From assembly GCA_041688945.1 (NCBI GenBank), contig JBDNHE010000037.1, positions 28,952 to 92,951 of the forward strand: 64,000 nt of DNA, written 5' to 3'. Under the pieces are notes generated by a model. That model saw only the letters and a list, made by a program, of their open reading frames with translations, did no database searches and was not told the origin of the DNA. Each line of letters starts with the position of its first letter. Position 1 is the stretch's first letter. The position numbers and the translations under genes are program-made. Origin of the DNA: Gemmatimonadota bacterium. GTDB taxonomy: Bacteria > Gemmatimonadota > Gemmatimonadetes > Longimicrobiales > Gaopeijiaceae. Below, piece by piece: positions 47,474 to 60,397 of the stretch.

Positions 47474-48790
47474 ATGGAAAACATGATCGTCGCCGCACCC
47501 GCAATCGCCGTGGTGCTGCTTTTTGTGGCCATATTCGCCGTTGCGACGGTCCGAGCCTTGATCGTGATCGTACCGCCGAACCGGGCGGCCGTGATCACCG
47601 GTCGGAATCGGCTGCTCCCGGACGGACAGTCGATCGGCTACAGGTCGGTGATCGGCGGCAGGACATTGCGCCTCCCCATCGTCGAAGCCGTCCAGCACAT
47701 GAATCTTGAAACGATTCCGATTGAGCTGAATGTGGCGAACGCCTTCTCGAAGGGAAACATCCCGCTGAACGTCGAGGCGATCGCCAACGTAAAGATCGCT
47801 TCGGAGCCCGAGACGGTGTTCAACAACGCCGTCGAACGTCTCCTGGGAAAAACCGAGGAGGAGATCCGCGGGCTGGCCCGCGACACCCTGATGGGTAACC
47901 TGCGCGGCGTTCTGGCCACGCTGACGCCCGAAGAGGTCAACGAAGACCGCCTCGGGTTCGCCAAGGCGCTCGCTGAGGACGCCGGAGAAGACCTGTCTTC
48001 GCTGGGCTTCCAACTCGACGTGCTCAAGATCCAGAACGTGTCCGACGAGCGCGGATACCTTGAGGCCATCGGCAGACGGAGGGCTGCGGAAGCTGTTCGT
48101 GAGGCCGAGATCGCCGAAGCTCAGGCAACCGCGGACACGCGGGAAGCCCAGGCCGAAGCCAAGCAGCGGGCCGAAGTGCGCGAAGCTGAAACTGAGATCT
48201 CGGTGGCTGAAGCCCGAAACGCGCTGCGCGTGCGAAACGCCGAACTCGATGAGGCGGGTGAGATCGCCGAGCGGACCGCGCGAGTGAAGGCGGAACAGGC
48301 CGAAGTCGAGGCGCAGCAGAAGCTCGAAGTCAGTCGCGTGCTGCGCGAGCAGGAGCGACTGCGGGCCGACATCGTCGAGCCGGCAAACGCGGCTCGGGAA
48401 GCTGCCAAGGCCGCGGCCGAAGCCGAGGCTGCACCGATCCTGGAGCGTGGTAAGGCCCAGGTTGAGGTCCTCAGGCTTCTCTACGACCAGATCAAGTCGG
48501 GTGGAGATCAGGCTTTCGCGATCTTCGTTGCCGAGAAGCTCCCCGAATTGCTGTCCACTGCCGTGGGCGCAGTCGAGGGCGTCGACATCGATCGCCTGGT
48601 GGTGGTCGACAGTGGTAGCGGCGACGCGACGTCGAACGCGGTCAATCAGAAGCTTCGGGGTGCTCTGGGAACGCTCGAGACGATGGCCGGTTCGCTGGGA
48701 TTGGACCTGGAAGAGGTGCTCAAGGCCGCCAACCGAAAGGTCCTGCAGGCGGCTCCCAAGGTCGCCCAGCCGGACGCGGACGAGGTCTGA
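47474..48790 (+). CDS. Flotillin / SPFH-domain protein
   Basis: N-terminal TM, SPFH domain (AVERLLG, GNLRGVLATLTPEE), EA-rich coiled coil. Confidence 0.93.
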   Translation: MENMIVAAPAIAVVLLFVAIFAVATVRALIVIVPPNRAAVITGRNRLLPDGQSIGYRSVIGGRTLRLPIVEAVQHMNLETIPIELNVANAFSKGNIPLNVEAIANVKIASEPETVFNNAVERLLGKTEEEIRGLARDTLMGNLRGVLATLTPEEVNEDRLGFAKALAEDAGEDLSSLGFQLDVLKIQNVSDERGYLEAIGRRRAAEAVREAEIAEAQATADTREAQAEAKQRAEVREAETEISVAEARNALRVRNAELDEAGEIAERTARVKAEQAEVEAQQKLEVSRVLREQERLRADIVEPANAAREAAKAAAEAEAAPILERGKAQVEVLRLLYDQIKSGGDQAFAIFVAEKLPELLSTAVGAVEGVDIDRLVVVDSGSGDATSNAVNQKLRGALGTLETMAGSLGLDLEEVLKAANRKVLQAAPKVAQPDADEV

Positions 48791-48849
48791 CCCGACCGAG
48801 TCCTACCGCCGACGTAGTGGCCGCGGACGCAGGGGCGGCAACCGTAGTG

Positions 48850-48889
48850 GGCGGCGGCATCCATCACGGGTGCCGCCGCCTTTTCCTTT
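48850..48889 (+). terminator. Intrinsic terminator after flotillin
   Basis: GGCGGCGGCATCC/GGGTGCCGCCGCC stem followed by TTTTCCTTT. Confidence 0.8.
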
Positions 48890-48893
48890 CTGG

Positions 48894-50096
48894 TCAGGCC
48901 GAACGCCGCGGGGCCACCTTCTGGAGCGCTGGAATCAGCTCCACGTAGCGATCGAAGGCCCAGCGCGCCTCGGCCAAATCCAGCCGCTCGCGATTGGTGT
49001 GCGCGAACCGCTCCTCACCGGGCGCAAAGCCGATGCTGGGGATCCCGTTGATGCCGCAGCTCCATCCGCCGTCCGTGGCGAAGGTCCAGGGGCGAGCCAC
49101 GGCAGGACCCTCCTCTTCCCTATTTCCGACGACTTCACACGCGGTTTGTACGATCGGGTCCGTCGGATCCATCAGAAACCCGGGTGTCATCAGATTGCGG
49201 GTCTCGCGGTAGTCGGTGTAGGCGCGTTGAGCTTCGGTCGCCATCCGCACGGTCACGGTGCAACCCCGAGTCTGGTCGCCCACCTGACCCATCACGGCAT
49301 CCCGTACACGTGCGAGCAGCGTGTCCTCAGTCATTCCGGGAAGGATTCGCCAATCGATCGCCACCACCACGGAGTCGGGAATCACATTTCTGCTCTGAGG
49401 CAGCACATCGATCATGCTCGGCACCATGGTGGATTGCCCCAGAATCGGATCCGACGGAAGGTCCCGGGCCGCCCGTTCGATTCCGGCGAGGACAGCGGGT
49501 AGGAGCAGGATCGCGTTTGCGGCCCGTTCGGGCGCGCTGGCGTGCCCCGCCTTTCCGGAAATGAACACCTCGACCTCAGCGCGGCCGCGGTGGCCGATGC
49601 AGATGTCGCCGTGAGTCGACTCGCCGATCACGCACACATCGGGTGCAATCTCTCCGGTTTCGATCAGCGACTTCATCCCGAGCCCACCGCGTTCCTCGAA
49701 GACCGTGTGCGCCACCAGGATGTCGCCCGGAGTCTTCCCCGCCAAAGCGGCGGCAACGTGGGTCTGCAGGGCCAGGGGGCCCTTGATATCCATGGCGCCC
49801 CGACCATGGAGTTCGCCATGCGCGATAACCGCCTCAAAGGGGGGATACTCCCACTCGGAATGATCCCCTTCGGCTACCACGTCCATGTGGGAGTTCAGGA
49901 GGACGGTGGCCCCCTCGCCAGTGCCAGGGACACGGCCGATCACATTGCCGACCCGATCCGAACGAACGTCCAGGAAACCGAGTCGATCAAACTCCACCCG
50001 GACACGCTGGGCCACGTTCTCCTCGTGCCCGGAGAGGCCGGGAATCCGAATCAGGTCCTGCGCAAACGAAATGGCGGCGGCAAAACGGTCGGGCAT
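48894..50096 (-). CDS. M20/M25/M40 metallo-hydrolase (YgeY/ArgE-like)
   Basis: SHMDVV, GRGAMDIKG, FEE, IGES, GHRGR, FATDG, AHT. Confidence 0.9.
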   Translation of the reverse strand: MPDRFAAAISFAQDLIRIPGLSGHEENVAQRVRVEFDRLGFLDVRSDRVGNVIGRVPGTGEGATVLLNSHMDVVAEGDHSEWEYPPFEAVIAHGELHGRGAMDIKGPLALQTHVAAALAGKTPGDILVAHTVFEERGGLGMKSLIETGEIAPDVCVIGESTHGDICIGHRGRAEVEVFISGKAGHASAPERAANAILLLPAVLAGIERAARDLPSDPILGQSTMVPSMIDVLPQSRNVIPDSVVVAIDWRILPGMTEDTLLARVRDAVMGQVGDQTRGCTVTVRMATEAQRAYTDYRETRNLMTPGFLMDPTDPIVQTACEVVGNREEEGPAVARPWTFATDGGWSCGINGIPSIGFAPGEERFAHTNRERLDLAEARWAFDRYVELIPALQKVAPRRSA

Positions 50097-50192
50097 CTGC
50101 AAAACGTCCCCGTACTGGAATGAAGAGCGGCCGACAACTGTTTGCCGTCGACCACTCAACTTAAAACATGCCCCCGCGAATGTCGCGACGCT

Positions 50193-52682
50193 TCAGCCGC
50201 CCCCGCCCTTCGATCCACCCGATCTACCCGGCCCACCGCCCATGTCGCCGCGAACGGTTCGGCCTCCCCGCCGAGTCCACAGGATCACTGCCCCGCACGC
50301 CGCGTCGCCACCACCGAACTCACCAGGGACAGAGGCCGCGCCGCGATAGATCTCGATCGCCTCGATGTCTTCCGTGATGAACTGCGAGAAGTCGACCGGG
50401 TCGTGACCGATCCCACCGACCTTGGGACGGCTCCAGCGGCGTCCATCGATCCACACCGCCGGATAGCAGTAGTCGAAGGTGATGGCACCGACGGCACCCC
50501 CCAGCCCTTCGGCTCCTCCGGTCTCGGCCTGATTCAGATCTCTCGCACTGCGAAGCACGACGAAGCGCTCGCCAGCCCGGCTGATTCCGTTCAGAACCTG
50601 GACACCCATTTGCCCCTGCAGGGCGGTGCCCAGCGTGCCACCCCTCAGAGCCAGCTCCTCGCGCATCATGAAGGAGCCGAATCCGAGTTCCATGCGGCGC
50701 TGCAGGTCGACCATGTCCGAAAAGAGCCGGCGGGGCATGACCGAAACGGTGATCCCCTCAATCGGAATCGCATCCGTGAGCAGTTCGACGTTCAGCTGAA
50801 TTACCGCACCGCTGTCGACCCGCACTACAACCTCACGGTCCTCAAAGGCGAGGTGTGACACGATCACGACATAGAGGCCCGGCTCGATATCCTGGAAGGC
50901 GAAAAAACCGTTCCGGTTGGTCATGGCAGAGAGGTTGGTGTCCTTGAGGCGAACCTGAGCCTGTTCAATCCCGTTGCGCGTGCCATTCTCGCGGATGAGG
51001 CCGAACATCCCGCCGGACGAGATCTCCGTGGAAAAGCGGACTTGCAGGTCCCGCCGGGTCACACCCCGTCCAGCCATGAACTCGATGTCATCCTCAAAAC
51101 CGGAGCCCGGAATCTGCGGACGGAGCCGCACCATCTGTGCCTCGGGTGCATCACAGTAGAGGTAGTATCCGCCGGCCCCGGTTGTGGTGCGCGCCTCATG
51201 GTAGGGCGTCCCGTCCCGACGTGGATCGGGGAATCGGATCGCGATCGGGATTCCCACGAGGGGCTCCCCGGAAATCAAGTCGGTGAGCTGGCCGGTGATA
51301 ATGGCGTTCGCCTGCAGGCCCGAACCCGTACAGAGCTGGCCGGCGGCCTCTTCCGGACTGGGCGGTGCGAGCAGGGCCGAACCCGTCTCACCCGCCGCGA
51401 CCGAGACCGACGTGACCGGCGGCCCCAGCGGGAGGTTGTTGAAGGAGGGATGCTCCACCGCCACTCGGTAGGTCCCCTCCAGCAGACCGTCGAAACGATA
51501 TCGGCCACCCGCATCCGAGGCGGTCCGCATGGGCGCACCCACCAGGGAGACATCCGCGCCGGCCACGGCCCCGCCTGTGACCGTCATGACCATTCCCTCG
51601 ATCGCACCCGTCTCAGGGGTGATCGACCAGACCTCGGCCCCCTCCCGAACTCGAAGGAGCCTCACCCGATTCTCAAGCAGGCCCTGCAGCTGCCAGCGTT
51701 CCTCGCCCGTCTGCGTGTTCTCGAAAAGTTGAACCAGCGGCATGCGCAGCCAGGTCTCGGGAATCACCCAGCTGCCGTCAGGCAGTTCGGCAAAGGTCGT
51801 CTGTCCCGAGGCCCCCGCCGGAACCAGAGTCGGATCCACGTTCCGGTACCCGAATTCCATCAGAACCGGCCGGCCCGACTGGGCCTGGAGCCACAGGACA
51901 CCGGCTACATCCGGGCGTGACTCCGGGCGGCGATTGAGTGGCTCGAAGGCGAGCCCGAGAAGCGCACCGCCCCCCTCCTGAAGCCGAAAGCAGTGCGTCT
52001 CAAGGAAGCCGCTGGCGAGCAGCACCTCGGGCGTCACTCCGAAATACTGGTAGCCGCCGTCCTCGGCCTCCCGGATAAACCCACGATCCAGGAGGTCGGC
52101 GGGGTTGGTCGGCTGTGTGACTCGCCGCACGCCCTCACGTACCACAGCCGCTTCCGCTCGTGAAACGGTTTCCCCGTCGCCCTCCAGTTCGCGCTGATAC
52201 ACCAGCGCATCGAACACGACCTCGGCGCCGTCTTCGGTCCACTGCAGGAGACGGAGCGCCTTCTCCGCCTCGGCCCAGGCCGCGGCCAGGCGATCCGGGG
52301 CGCTGCCGGGGTTCCGGCAAACACCAACCGGAGGCGAAGGCAGACTCATCAGATCGCGACCGACAGCGGGCATGTCCACGGACAGGGTGATCCGCCCACC
52401 GGGTGAGGCCATGAACGCCTCGCTCCAAGTCGACTCAAAACCGACTCGGTCGACCCGCACACGATAGCGGCCAGCCCCGGGGGCCGGCATCTGAAACACA
52501 CCCCGATTGTCGGTGACTCCACGGGTCATGACCTGATCGTCGTCACCAAGGAGGACGACGAGCATCCGCCCGGGCGCACCCTCGACCTGTCCATCCACGG
52601 TTTGTCCGTGAATCCCGCCGGGAAGCGTAAGGGTCGCGCAGACCGTGAACGCCAGGAGGAAAGCCTTTCGGAAATTCGCCAT
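50193..52682 (-). CDS. Secreted multi-CarboxypepD_reg-like protein with C-terminal TonB-plug-like domain and no beta-barrel
   Basis: Signal peptide; repeated TDxxGxF/Y...GxY modules; [10 protein letters not shown]...CGAVILWTR at the C-terminus. Confidence 0.8.
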   Translation of the reverse strand: MANFRKAFLLAFTVCATLTLPGGIHGQTVDGQVEGAPGRMLVVLLGDDDQVMTRGVTDNRGVFQMPAPGAGRYRVRVDRVGFESTWSEAFMASPGGRITLSVDMPAVGRDLMSLPSPPVGVCRNPGSAPDRLAAAWAEAEKALRLLQWTEDGAEVVFDALVYQRELEGDGETVSRAEAAVVREGVRRVTQPTNPADLLDRGFIREAEDGGYQYFGVTPEVLLASGFLETHCFRLQEGGGALLGLAFEPLNRRPESRPDVAGVLWLQAQSGRPVLMEFGYRNVDPTLVPAGASGQTTFAELPDGSWVIPETWLRMPLVQLFENTQTGEERWQLQGLLENRVRLLRVREGAEVWSITPETGAIEGMVMTVTGGAVAGADVSLVGAPMRTASDAGGRYRFDGLLEGTYRVAVEHPSFNNLPLGPPVTSVSVAAGETGSALLAPPSPEEAAGQLCTGSGLQANAIITGQLTDLISGEPLVGIPIAIRFPDPRRDGTPYHEARTTTGAGGYYLYCDAPEAQMVRLRPQIPGSGFEDDIEFMAGRGVTRRDLQVRFSTEISSGGMFGLIRENGTRNGIEQAQVRLKDTNLSAMTNRNGFFAFQDIEPGLYVVIVSHLAFEDREVVVRVDSGAVIQLNVELLTDAIPIEGITVSVMPRRLFSDMVDLQRRMELGFGSFMMREELALRGGTLGTALQGQMGVQVLNGISRAGERFVVLRSARDLNQAETGGAEGLGGAVGAITFDYCYPAVWIDGRRWSRPKVGGIGHDPVDFSQFITEDIEAIEIYRGAASVPGEFGGGDAACGAVILWTRRGGRTVRGDMGGGPGRSGGSKGGGG

Positions 52683-52888
52683 ATAGGTATCGCAGTTGCC
52701 CTGAGCCTTGCCGCCATGTCTCCGACGGCCTTCGCTCAATACTACGCCGCTATCCCCCCGGAGTGTCAAAGGCAGGCCCGAGCGTGGTCAGATCTGGTGA
52801 ACGGCGTCCTGACAGGGCGGGCGGCACCGGGCGGGCGACGGATCGGCCCGCCATCCCGGGCCCGAGCGCGCCCCCGCTGGGTCAGGCC

Positions 52889-52923
52889 AAAAAAAAGGGC
52901 CCGGCGCAGATGCGCCGAGCCCC
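52889..52923 (-). terminator. Intrinsic terminator after hppA
   Basis: GGGCTCGGCGC/GCGCCGGGCCC stem with T8 on the minus strand. Confidence 0.8.
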
Positions 52924-52942
52924 CGGGTCTGCATGAGGTCGA

Positions 52943-55057
<2,115 letters not shown>

Positions 55058-55139
55058 AGTCGGATGGTTCCCTCGTTCGGTTTTTTTTGTCGTCCCGGCC
55101 GGGTCCTTCCCGACTCAGGCCGCAGCCGCAAACAAGCGG

Positions 55140-55703
55140 CTACCGGTTGAAGCGACTCATGGTCGCTTCGATTCCCTGCTCCACCCAGCACCCGACCGCT
55201 TCGGTCAGATCAGGCAGGAGCCTTACAAGCTGCTCCTCGTCTTCCGAGGGCATCTCTTCAAGCACCCAATCGGCCAGATCAACCCCCGCGGGGCACCTGC
55301 CCACCCCTACGCGGAGCCGACTATAGCTCTTTGTGCGCAGCACTGCTTCAATCGACTTCAAACCGTTGTGGCCGCCCGCACTTCCATCGGGACGGAATCG
55401 GACCTTAGCCACATCGATCGCGGCATCATCAACTACAACCAGGAGGTCGCTGGACACATCAAAGTCCTCGTCCTCGCGCAACGGCGCGAGAACCGCGCCA
55501 CTCCGGTTCATGAAGGTCATGGGCTTGATCAGGCGAACCTGTTCATCGCCGACCCGGCCGGACGCGACAAGGGCCCGGCCTTCCTTTCGGAACGTGCCGA
55601 AGCCCCAGTCGTACGCCAGCCGGTCCAACACCCACCACCCAACGTTATGCCGGGTGTTGTCGTAGTCAGTCCCCGGATTGCCGAGTCCTGCCACCCACTT
55701 CAT
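55140..55703 (-). CDS. pth: Peptidyl-tRNA hydrolase
   Basis: GLGNPG, TRHNVG, KPMTFMN, GGHNGLKSI, RLRVGVG. Confidence 0.98.
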   Translation of the reverse strand: MKWVAGLGNPGTDYDNTRHNVGWWVLDRLAYDWGFGTFRKEGRALVASGRVGDEQVRLIKPMTFMNRSGAVLAPLREDEDFDVSSDLLVVVDDAAIDVAKVRFRPDGSAGGHNGLKSIEAVLRTKSYSRLRVGVGRCPAGVDLADWVLEEMPSEDEEQLVRLLPDLTEAVGCWVEQGIEATMSRFNR

Positions 55704-55718
55704 GAGGGAGTCGAGACG

Positions 55719-56378
55719 TTACTCGGAATCGTCGTCGTCGCCGTCATCCGCATCATCGGATTCGGCGATGCCGTCTTCGTCCTCGTCCTCAGCCTCGACA
55801 ACCGCAACACGCGGCGCATCGACCAGACAGATGGTCCGATCGGCGTCGAACATGAGCGTGACGCCCTCCGGGATGGCCAGTTCGGAGGCGTGAAGCACGT
55901 CACCGATCATCATGGCGGAGATGTCATGCGAGATCGAATCCGGGATCGCCGACGGAATGCAGCGGACCGAGAGGTCGTGAATGATCTGCTGAAGGATTCC
56001 ACCCTCGAGCTTCACGCCGGCCGGCGTACCCACGAGGTGAAGCGGAACATCAACGTGCAGCTCGACACCGAGTTCAATACGGTAGAAGTCGATGTGGAGA
56101 ATGTTCGGCTTATAGGGGTGGACCTGAACCTCACGGATCAGTGTCGGGATCTTCTCTTTCTCACCGGACATGTCGATGTCGATGTCGATGATGGTGTTGT
56201 CGATCGAGATGCGATGGAGAAGAAGGTCGGTCTCGTGGGCGTCGATCGAGACGGGGATGGCTTCGCCACCCTGTCCGTAGACGACCGCGGGAATCCGCCC
56301 CGAGGCGCGCAATTTGCGAGCGGAACCCTTGCCAGCTGCGGCGCGGTTCTCGGCGTTCAACGTAACGTTCATGCTCAT
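55719..56378 (-). CDS. rplY: 50S ribosomal protein bL25/Ctc (long form)
   Basis: GKGSARKLR, IPAVVYG, HIDFY, acidic tail. Confidence 0.97.
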   Translation of the reverse strand: MSMNVTLNAENRAAAGKGSARKLRASGRIPAVVYGQGGEAIPVSIDAHETDLLLHRISIDNTIIDIDIDMSGEKEKIPTLIREVQVHPYKPNILHIDFYRIELGVELHVDVPLHLVGTPAGVKLEGGILQQIIHDLSVRCIPSAIPDSISHDISAMMIGDVLHASELAIPEGVTLMFDADRTICLVDAPRVAVVEAEDEDEDGIAESDDADDGDDDDSE

Positions 56379-56441
56379 GGTGGTTCCTACCTGATCCTAG
56401 GGCTCTCGGCCCGTTCAGAAGGACGGATCTTCAGATCCGGC

Positions 56442-57407
56442 CTAGTCGTTTTCCCGGAGTTCGAAGAGCTGGCTGACCGACTCGTTCGAATGGATGTATT
56501 CGATCGCGTTCGACAGAAGCGGCGCGACCGACAGAATCTTGAGGCCGGGGAACCGGCGCTCTTCCGGAATATAAATCGTGTTCGTGACCACAAGCTCCTC
56601 AAGCGGGGCCTTGGACAGTCTCTCGACCGCCTTCCCCGACAGGAGTGCATGGGTCACTGCCGTGTACACGGCCTTTGCTCCGCGCTCCTTGAGCGCGAAA
56701 ACGGCGTTTGCCAGCGTTCCGCCGGTATCCACCATGTCATCGGTCAACAGGCAGGTTCTGCCGTTGACGTCTCCAACCACATTCATGACCTCGGAGGCGT
56801 TGGCCTCTGGCCGACGCTTGTCGATGATCGCGAATGTCGCGTTCAATCTTTTGGCGTAGCCTCGCGCCATCTTGGCGGAGCCTACATCCGGCGCCACAAC
56901 CACCAGGTCTTTCAGATTCTTCTCACGGAAGTATTTGATGAAGACCGGCGCGGCGTAGAGGTGATCGACGGGAATGTCGAAGAACCCCTGAATCTGGTGC
57001 TGGTGGAAATCGATGCTGACCACTCGGTCCGCGCCGGCGGCCACCAGCATGTTGGCCATCAGTTTGGCGCCGATCGCCACGCGGGGCTGGTCCTTTCGAT
57101 CCTGACGCCCGTACCCGAAGTACGGAACAACGGCCGTAACACGGGCCGCAGAAGCGCGCCGGGCCGCGTCGATCAGGAGCAGAAGCTCCATCATGTTCTC
57201 GGCCGGCGCTCCCGTGGACTGAAGGATGTAGACATCCCGTCCGCGTGCATTCCGGTCGATGCGCACGAAAATCTCACCGTCAGCGAAGTCGCGGATGGTC
57301 GCACCATCCACTGCCTCACCGAGGATTCTGCCTACCTCGGCGGCCAGGGGCTCATTTGAGCGCCCGGCGAGCACGAGGACCGGCCCTTGTTGGAGATTTC
57401 GTTCCAT
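56442..57407 (-). CDS. prs: Ribose-phosphate pyrophosphokinase
   Basis: FADGEI, PYFGYGRQDRK, QIQGFFDIPVD, PDVG, DDMVDTGGT. Confidence 0.98.
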   Translation of the reverse strand: MERNLQQGPVLVLAGRSNEPLAAEVGRILGEAVDGATIRDFADGEIFVRIDRNARGRDVYILQSTGAPAENMMELLLLIDAARRASAARVTAVVPYFGYGRQDRKDQPRVAIGAKLMANMLVAAGADRVVSIDFHQHQIQGFFDIPVDHLYAAPVFIKYFREKNLKDLVVVAPDVGSAKMARGYAKRLNATFAIIDKRRPEANASEVMNVVGDVNGRTCLLTDDMVDTGGTLANAVFALKERGAKAVYTAVTHALLSGKAVERLSKAPLEELVVTNTIYIPEERRFPGLKILSVAPLLSNAIEYIHSNESVSQLFELREND

Positions 57408-57475
57408 GAATTCCCGTCGGTTTCCCCCTGCTACGGGGGCCAAACGATACGCCGCGCAGCGGTACGGCGAGGCGA

Positions 57476-57513
57476 TAGCCCGTTAAGCTAGAAATGAGGT
57501 GCACTGGCGTCAA
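57476..57513 (-). promoter_or_regulatory. Sigma70-type promoter of prs-rplY-pth
   Basis: TTGACG-N17-TAGCTT; the -35 overlaps the upstream stop codon. Confidence 0.68.
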
Positions 57514-59327
57514 CGCGCCGGCAGGACCTCGACTCGACGTTCCATGAGGAGGGGGGCCCGGCCCACGCTGCGAAGTTCGACCTGAATCCGGTATTCGCCG
57601 GGCTCGACGTCGGCGGGGAGCGACACGACAACCGAGCGCAGGCTGGGCTCCAGCCTCGTTGGCCCTGCCTCGGACCAGCCAAGCTGGACTGGCCGCGCTG
57701 GCCCCCCGAGTCCAAACAGGCCGCCGACCCTGCGCAGCAGGCCTCCCTCGACCTTTACCAGGCGGAGGTCGTATTCCAGAACCTCCTCGTGGAGGCCGAT
57801 CCCGGTGACCTCCCATGCCACCCGGATCGAAGTCCCGGCCCGAAAGGGTCCGAAGGCCAGATGGGGAATGAGTTCCTCGAGGCTCTCTGGGTCGGCGTCT
57901 CCCGGATCTGCGAGCACGAGGTCGGAGGTGGCGGCGACGTCGGGGGCCAATAGCGGCAGGTCCAAGCCGGTCCGAAAGCGCCCGGCTCGGGCGGAATCGG
58001 GATACCAGACCTCGGCGCTGACCAGATACTCCCCCGCCGGCACCGTCTTCATCAGCACGCCCGAGCCCCCCTCCCCGCGAATCGAATACGGCTCGACGCC
58101 AGCGGCGGGAATCAGGAAGAGCCCCCGCTGGGCAGGTTGGTCCGAAAAGCGGGGCGGCAGCATGAGGGGTTCATGCTCGTGCGACCGGTGGTAGCTGGTG
58201 TCCTCTTCCATCTCGATCAACCCAACCACGATCGTTTCGTGCCCCCTCGGGAACTTCAGAATCTCGACTCGAGCCGGCGCGATCACCGGGGAATACGATG
58301 GCGCATATCCGGTGGTGGTTCGCCCGCCGGCCCGAGGATTCCACTCTCGGGGTTCGGCGGAGATCGGGGTATCGAGTGCATTGCCGGGTGCGGCGTAGTC
58401 CCGACTCTCGGGGTGCTGGTGTCCTACTGCCGAAGGGAGTGCTCCGATCTGACCGTGCATTCGCGGATTGGTCACCTCCCAGCCCATCTCCCACCCGTAC
58501 CTGACCAGCAACTCTTCAAGATCGCTACCCCAGCGCATCGAGTAGCCGTTCCGAGCGTCCTCGCTGATCCGGTTCATCGTGCGGCGAGCCAGCATCTCGG
58601 TGCGAAAGTCGTTTCCTTCTATGAGAAACAATGGATCTGACCACGCCCAGAAGCGGGTCTCGACCCTCTCTCGGTAGTCGGAATCCTGACTGTCGAGCAG
58701 TTCCCTGCCCTCCTGATCCATCAGCCATCTGGTGTCCAGCCATTCGGATCGGGTGGCGGCAGGCATCCGGTCCATGGCTCGGTCGAAACGTTCTTCGGCC
58801 CCGGGGAACTCGGACAACACGTGCAGTGACAGGCCCGCCAGCGCGTCGCACCACCACTCTTCTGGAAGACCGCAGGCGTCCGACAGTTCGAATGCGGCAT
58901 CGGCTCGGCCGGCCTCAATCAGATATCGGGCACGCTGTCCGAGGATCCACCCGTCGCCGGGGATCATCTCAGCCAGGTTGGAAAGGCGATCGAGGAGGCC
59001 CTCGCGGGCGTCGGTCAGCGCCGGAGGTTCAGGTGTGGGCCACCAGTCACTGCCCCCTTCGAACCGCATGCACATGCGACCGACAATTTCATCGCACGAC
59101 CCACCCCAGGACCCAGAAGAAGCCCGAGGAGCCAGCCGTCGGCGATCACGTTCGAACCGGGCCTGTGCCGCCTCTGCGCCATCCCGGACCAGCGCGGAGT
59201 CAAACCCCACTCTGTTGCTGGAGGCCACAACGTCCTGACCCGTCAGGCCCGCCGGCGCGCTCGCCACCAGCGCACCCAGCAGAACAAGCTGCCGGTATCT
59301 CAGGCTGCACCGTTTGTGTGCCTTCAT
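57510..59327 (-). CDS. Hypothetical secreted protein (TPR-like helices, paired Cys, possible GWxTD-like region, beta-rich C-terminus)
   Basis: 605-aa ORF in operon orientation; signal peptide; LLVRYGW motif. Confidence 0.7.
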   Translation of the reverse strand: MKAHKRCSLRYRQLVLLGALVASAPAGLTGQDVVASSNRVGFDSALVRDGAEAAQARFERDRRRLAPRASSGSWGGSCDEIVGRMCMRFEGGSDWWPTPEPPALTDAREGLLDRLSNLAEMIPGDGWILGQRARYLIEAGRADAAFELSDACGLPEEWWCDALAGLSLHVLSEFPGAEERFDRAMDRMPAATRSEWLDTRWLMDQEGRELLDSQDSDYRERVETRFWAWSDPLFLIEGNDFRTEMLARRTMNRISEDARNGYSMRWGSDLEELLVRYGWEMGWEVTNPRMHGQIGALPSAVGHQHPESRDYAAPGNALDTPISAEPREWNPRAGGRTTTGYAPSYSPVIAPARVEILKFPRGHETIVVGLIEMEEDTSYHRSHEHEPLMLPPRFSDQPAQRGLFLIPAAGVEPYSIRGEGGSGVLMKTVPAGEYLVSAEVWYPDSARAGRFRTGLDLPLLAPDVAATSDLVLADPGDADPESLEELIPHLAFGPFRAGTSIRVAWEVTGIGLHEEVLEYDLRLVKVEGGLLRRVGGLFGLGGPARPVQLGWSEAGPTRLEPSLRSVVVSLPADVEPGEYRIQVELRSVGRAPLLMERRVEVLPAR

Positions 59328-59349
59328 GACGGATCCGAAGGATTGGGGA

Positions 59350-59420
59350 TTGGCCCACCAGGATTCGAACCTGGACCAGAACTTCCAAAGAGTTCTGTGC
59401 TGCCATTACACCATGGGCCA
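59350..59420 (-). tRNA. tRNA-Gln (UUG), CCA not encoded
   Basis: TGGCCCA/TGGGCCA acceptor stem with U1-A72, GAACT-CTTTGGA-AGTTC anticodon arm, CCAGG-TTCGAAT-CCTGG T arm; canonical position after ispE. Confidence 0.97.
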
Positions 59421-59461
59421 TCTCTTCCGCGGGCAATGCTAACTGCCACAGCGAACCCGAT

Positions 59462-60397
59462 TCAACCCTGAGCCATCTCCGGCTTCGCGTCGATCGACGG
59501 AATTGCACTCAGAGTAGAGACCACCCGGAACTCGCACTCAGGCGCAAACTCACGGGCAGTGGTCGCTATCAGTCGGGCCCGACTGAGGGCGGCCTCGACA
59601 TCCTCGTCGGACCCGGGCGGAACTAGGGAGAAGACCGCCGCGCCGCTTCCCGAGAGGAGAATGTTGGGCGCGCCAGCCTCGGCCAGCGCGCCAAGAGCTG
59701 CCCGCACCTCGGGAAACTTCGCCGGCACGACGCACTCGAAGTCGTTCTGCAACAGCGGCAGCAGGTCGCTCCAGTCTGACGTCGGAATGCCATCGAAAAG
59801 GGACGCCGGCAGCGCCGCTCCGGCTTCGAGTCGGTGGGCTGCAAGAGCGCCGTAGGCGGGACCTGTCGCCACGTGTACGGGCGGCAGCCCCAGGATCACC
59901 GGAATGGATGGAGGCGACGCAAGAGGCGTGAGCACATCTCCCCGGCCGGTGCCCATCGAGAAGGCTGACGCTGTGGCAAAGAACGCCACATCCGCCCCCA
60001 GCGAGGAGCCGAGCTCGGCCAGATGCTCGGTCTGCATGGGATAGCCAAAGGCACGATTCAGAAGCCGCAGGGCGGCCCCAGCGTCCGAAGACCCTCCACC
60101 GAGTCCGCCGCCCGCCGGGATCTTCTTTTTCAGGCGCATCAGGCCCGAGCAGCGGATTCCGGTTGATTCCTGGAACAGGCGCCCGGCGCGTGTGACCAGG
60201 TTGTTCTTCGCTGGCCCCACATCCGCGCCCTCGACCTCAAGCGTCAGCCCGCCCGACTTCCGGTGCTCAAAACTCAGCGTGTCAAAGAGCCCCACGGCCA
60301 GGAACAGCGTTTCAAGATCATGGAAGCCATCATCCCGACGACCCAGTATCCGGAGGCCAATGTTGACCTTGGCCGGCGTGCGGAGGGTAAAGGTCAC
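59462..60397 (-). CDS. ispE: 4-diphosphocytidyl-2-C-methyl-D-erythritol kinase
   Basis: PAKVNIGL, DGFHDLET, PAGGGLGGGSSDA, LGADV, SGSG. Confidence 0.97.
   Translation of the reverse strand: MTFTLRTPAKVNIGLRILGRRDDGFHDLETLFLAVGLFDTLSFEHRKSGGLTLEVEGADVGPAKNNLVTRAGRLFQESTGIRCSGLMRLKKKIPAGGGLGGGSSDAGAALRLLNRAFGYPMQTEHLAELGSSLGADVAFFATASAFSMGTGRGDVLTPLASPPSIPVILGLPPVHVATGPAYGALAAHRLEAGAALPASLFDGIPTSDWSDLLPLLQNDFECVVPAKFPEVRAALGALAEAGAPNILLSGSGAAVFSLVPPGSDEDVEAALSRARLIATTAREFAPECEFRVVSTLSAIPSIDAKPEMAQG

Noticed and set aside
46831-48790. nfeD-flotillin pair as a novel system
   Set aside because: A well-described operon type (yuaF-floT, yqiJ-yqiK).
57400-59420. Genomic island integrated at tRNA-Gln
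   Set aside because: No integrase, no duplicated tRNA 3' end and no obvious composition shift.
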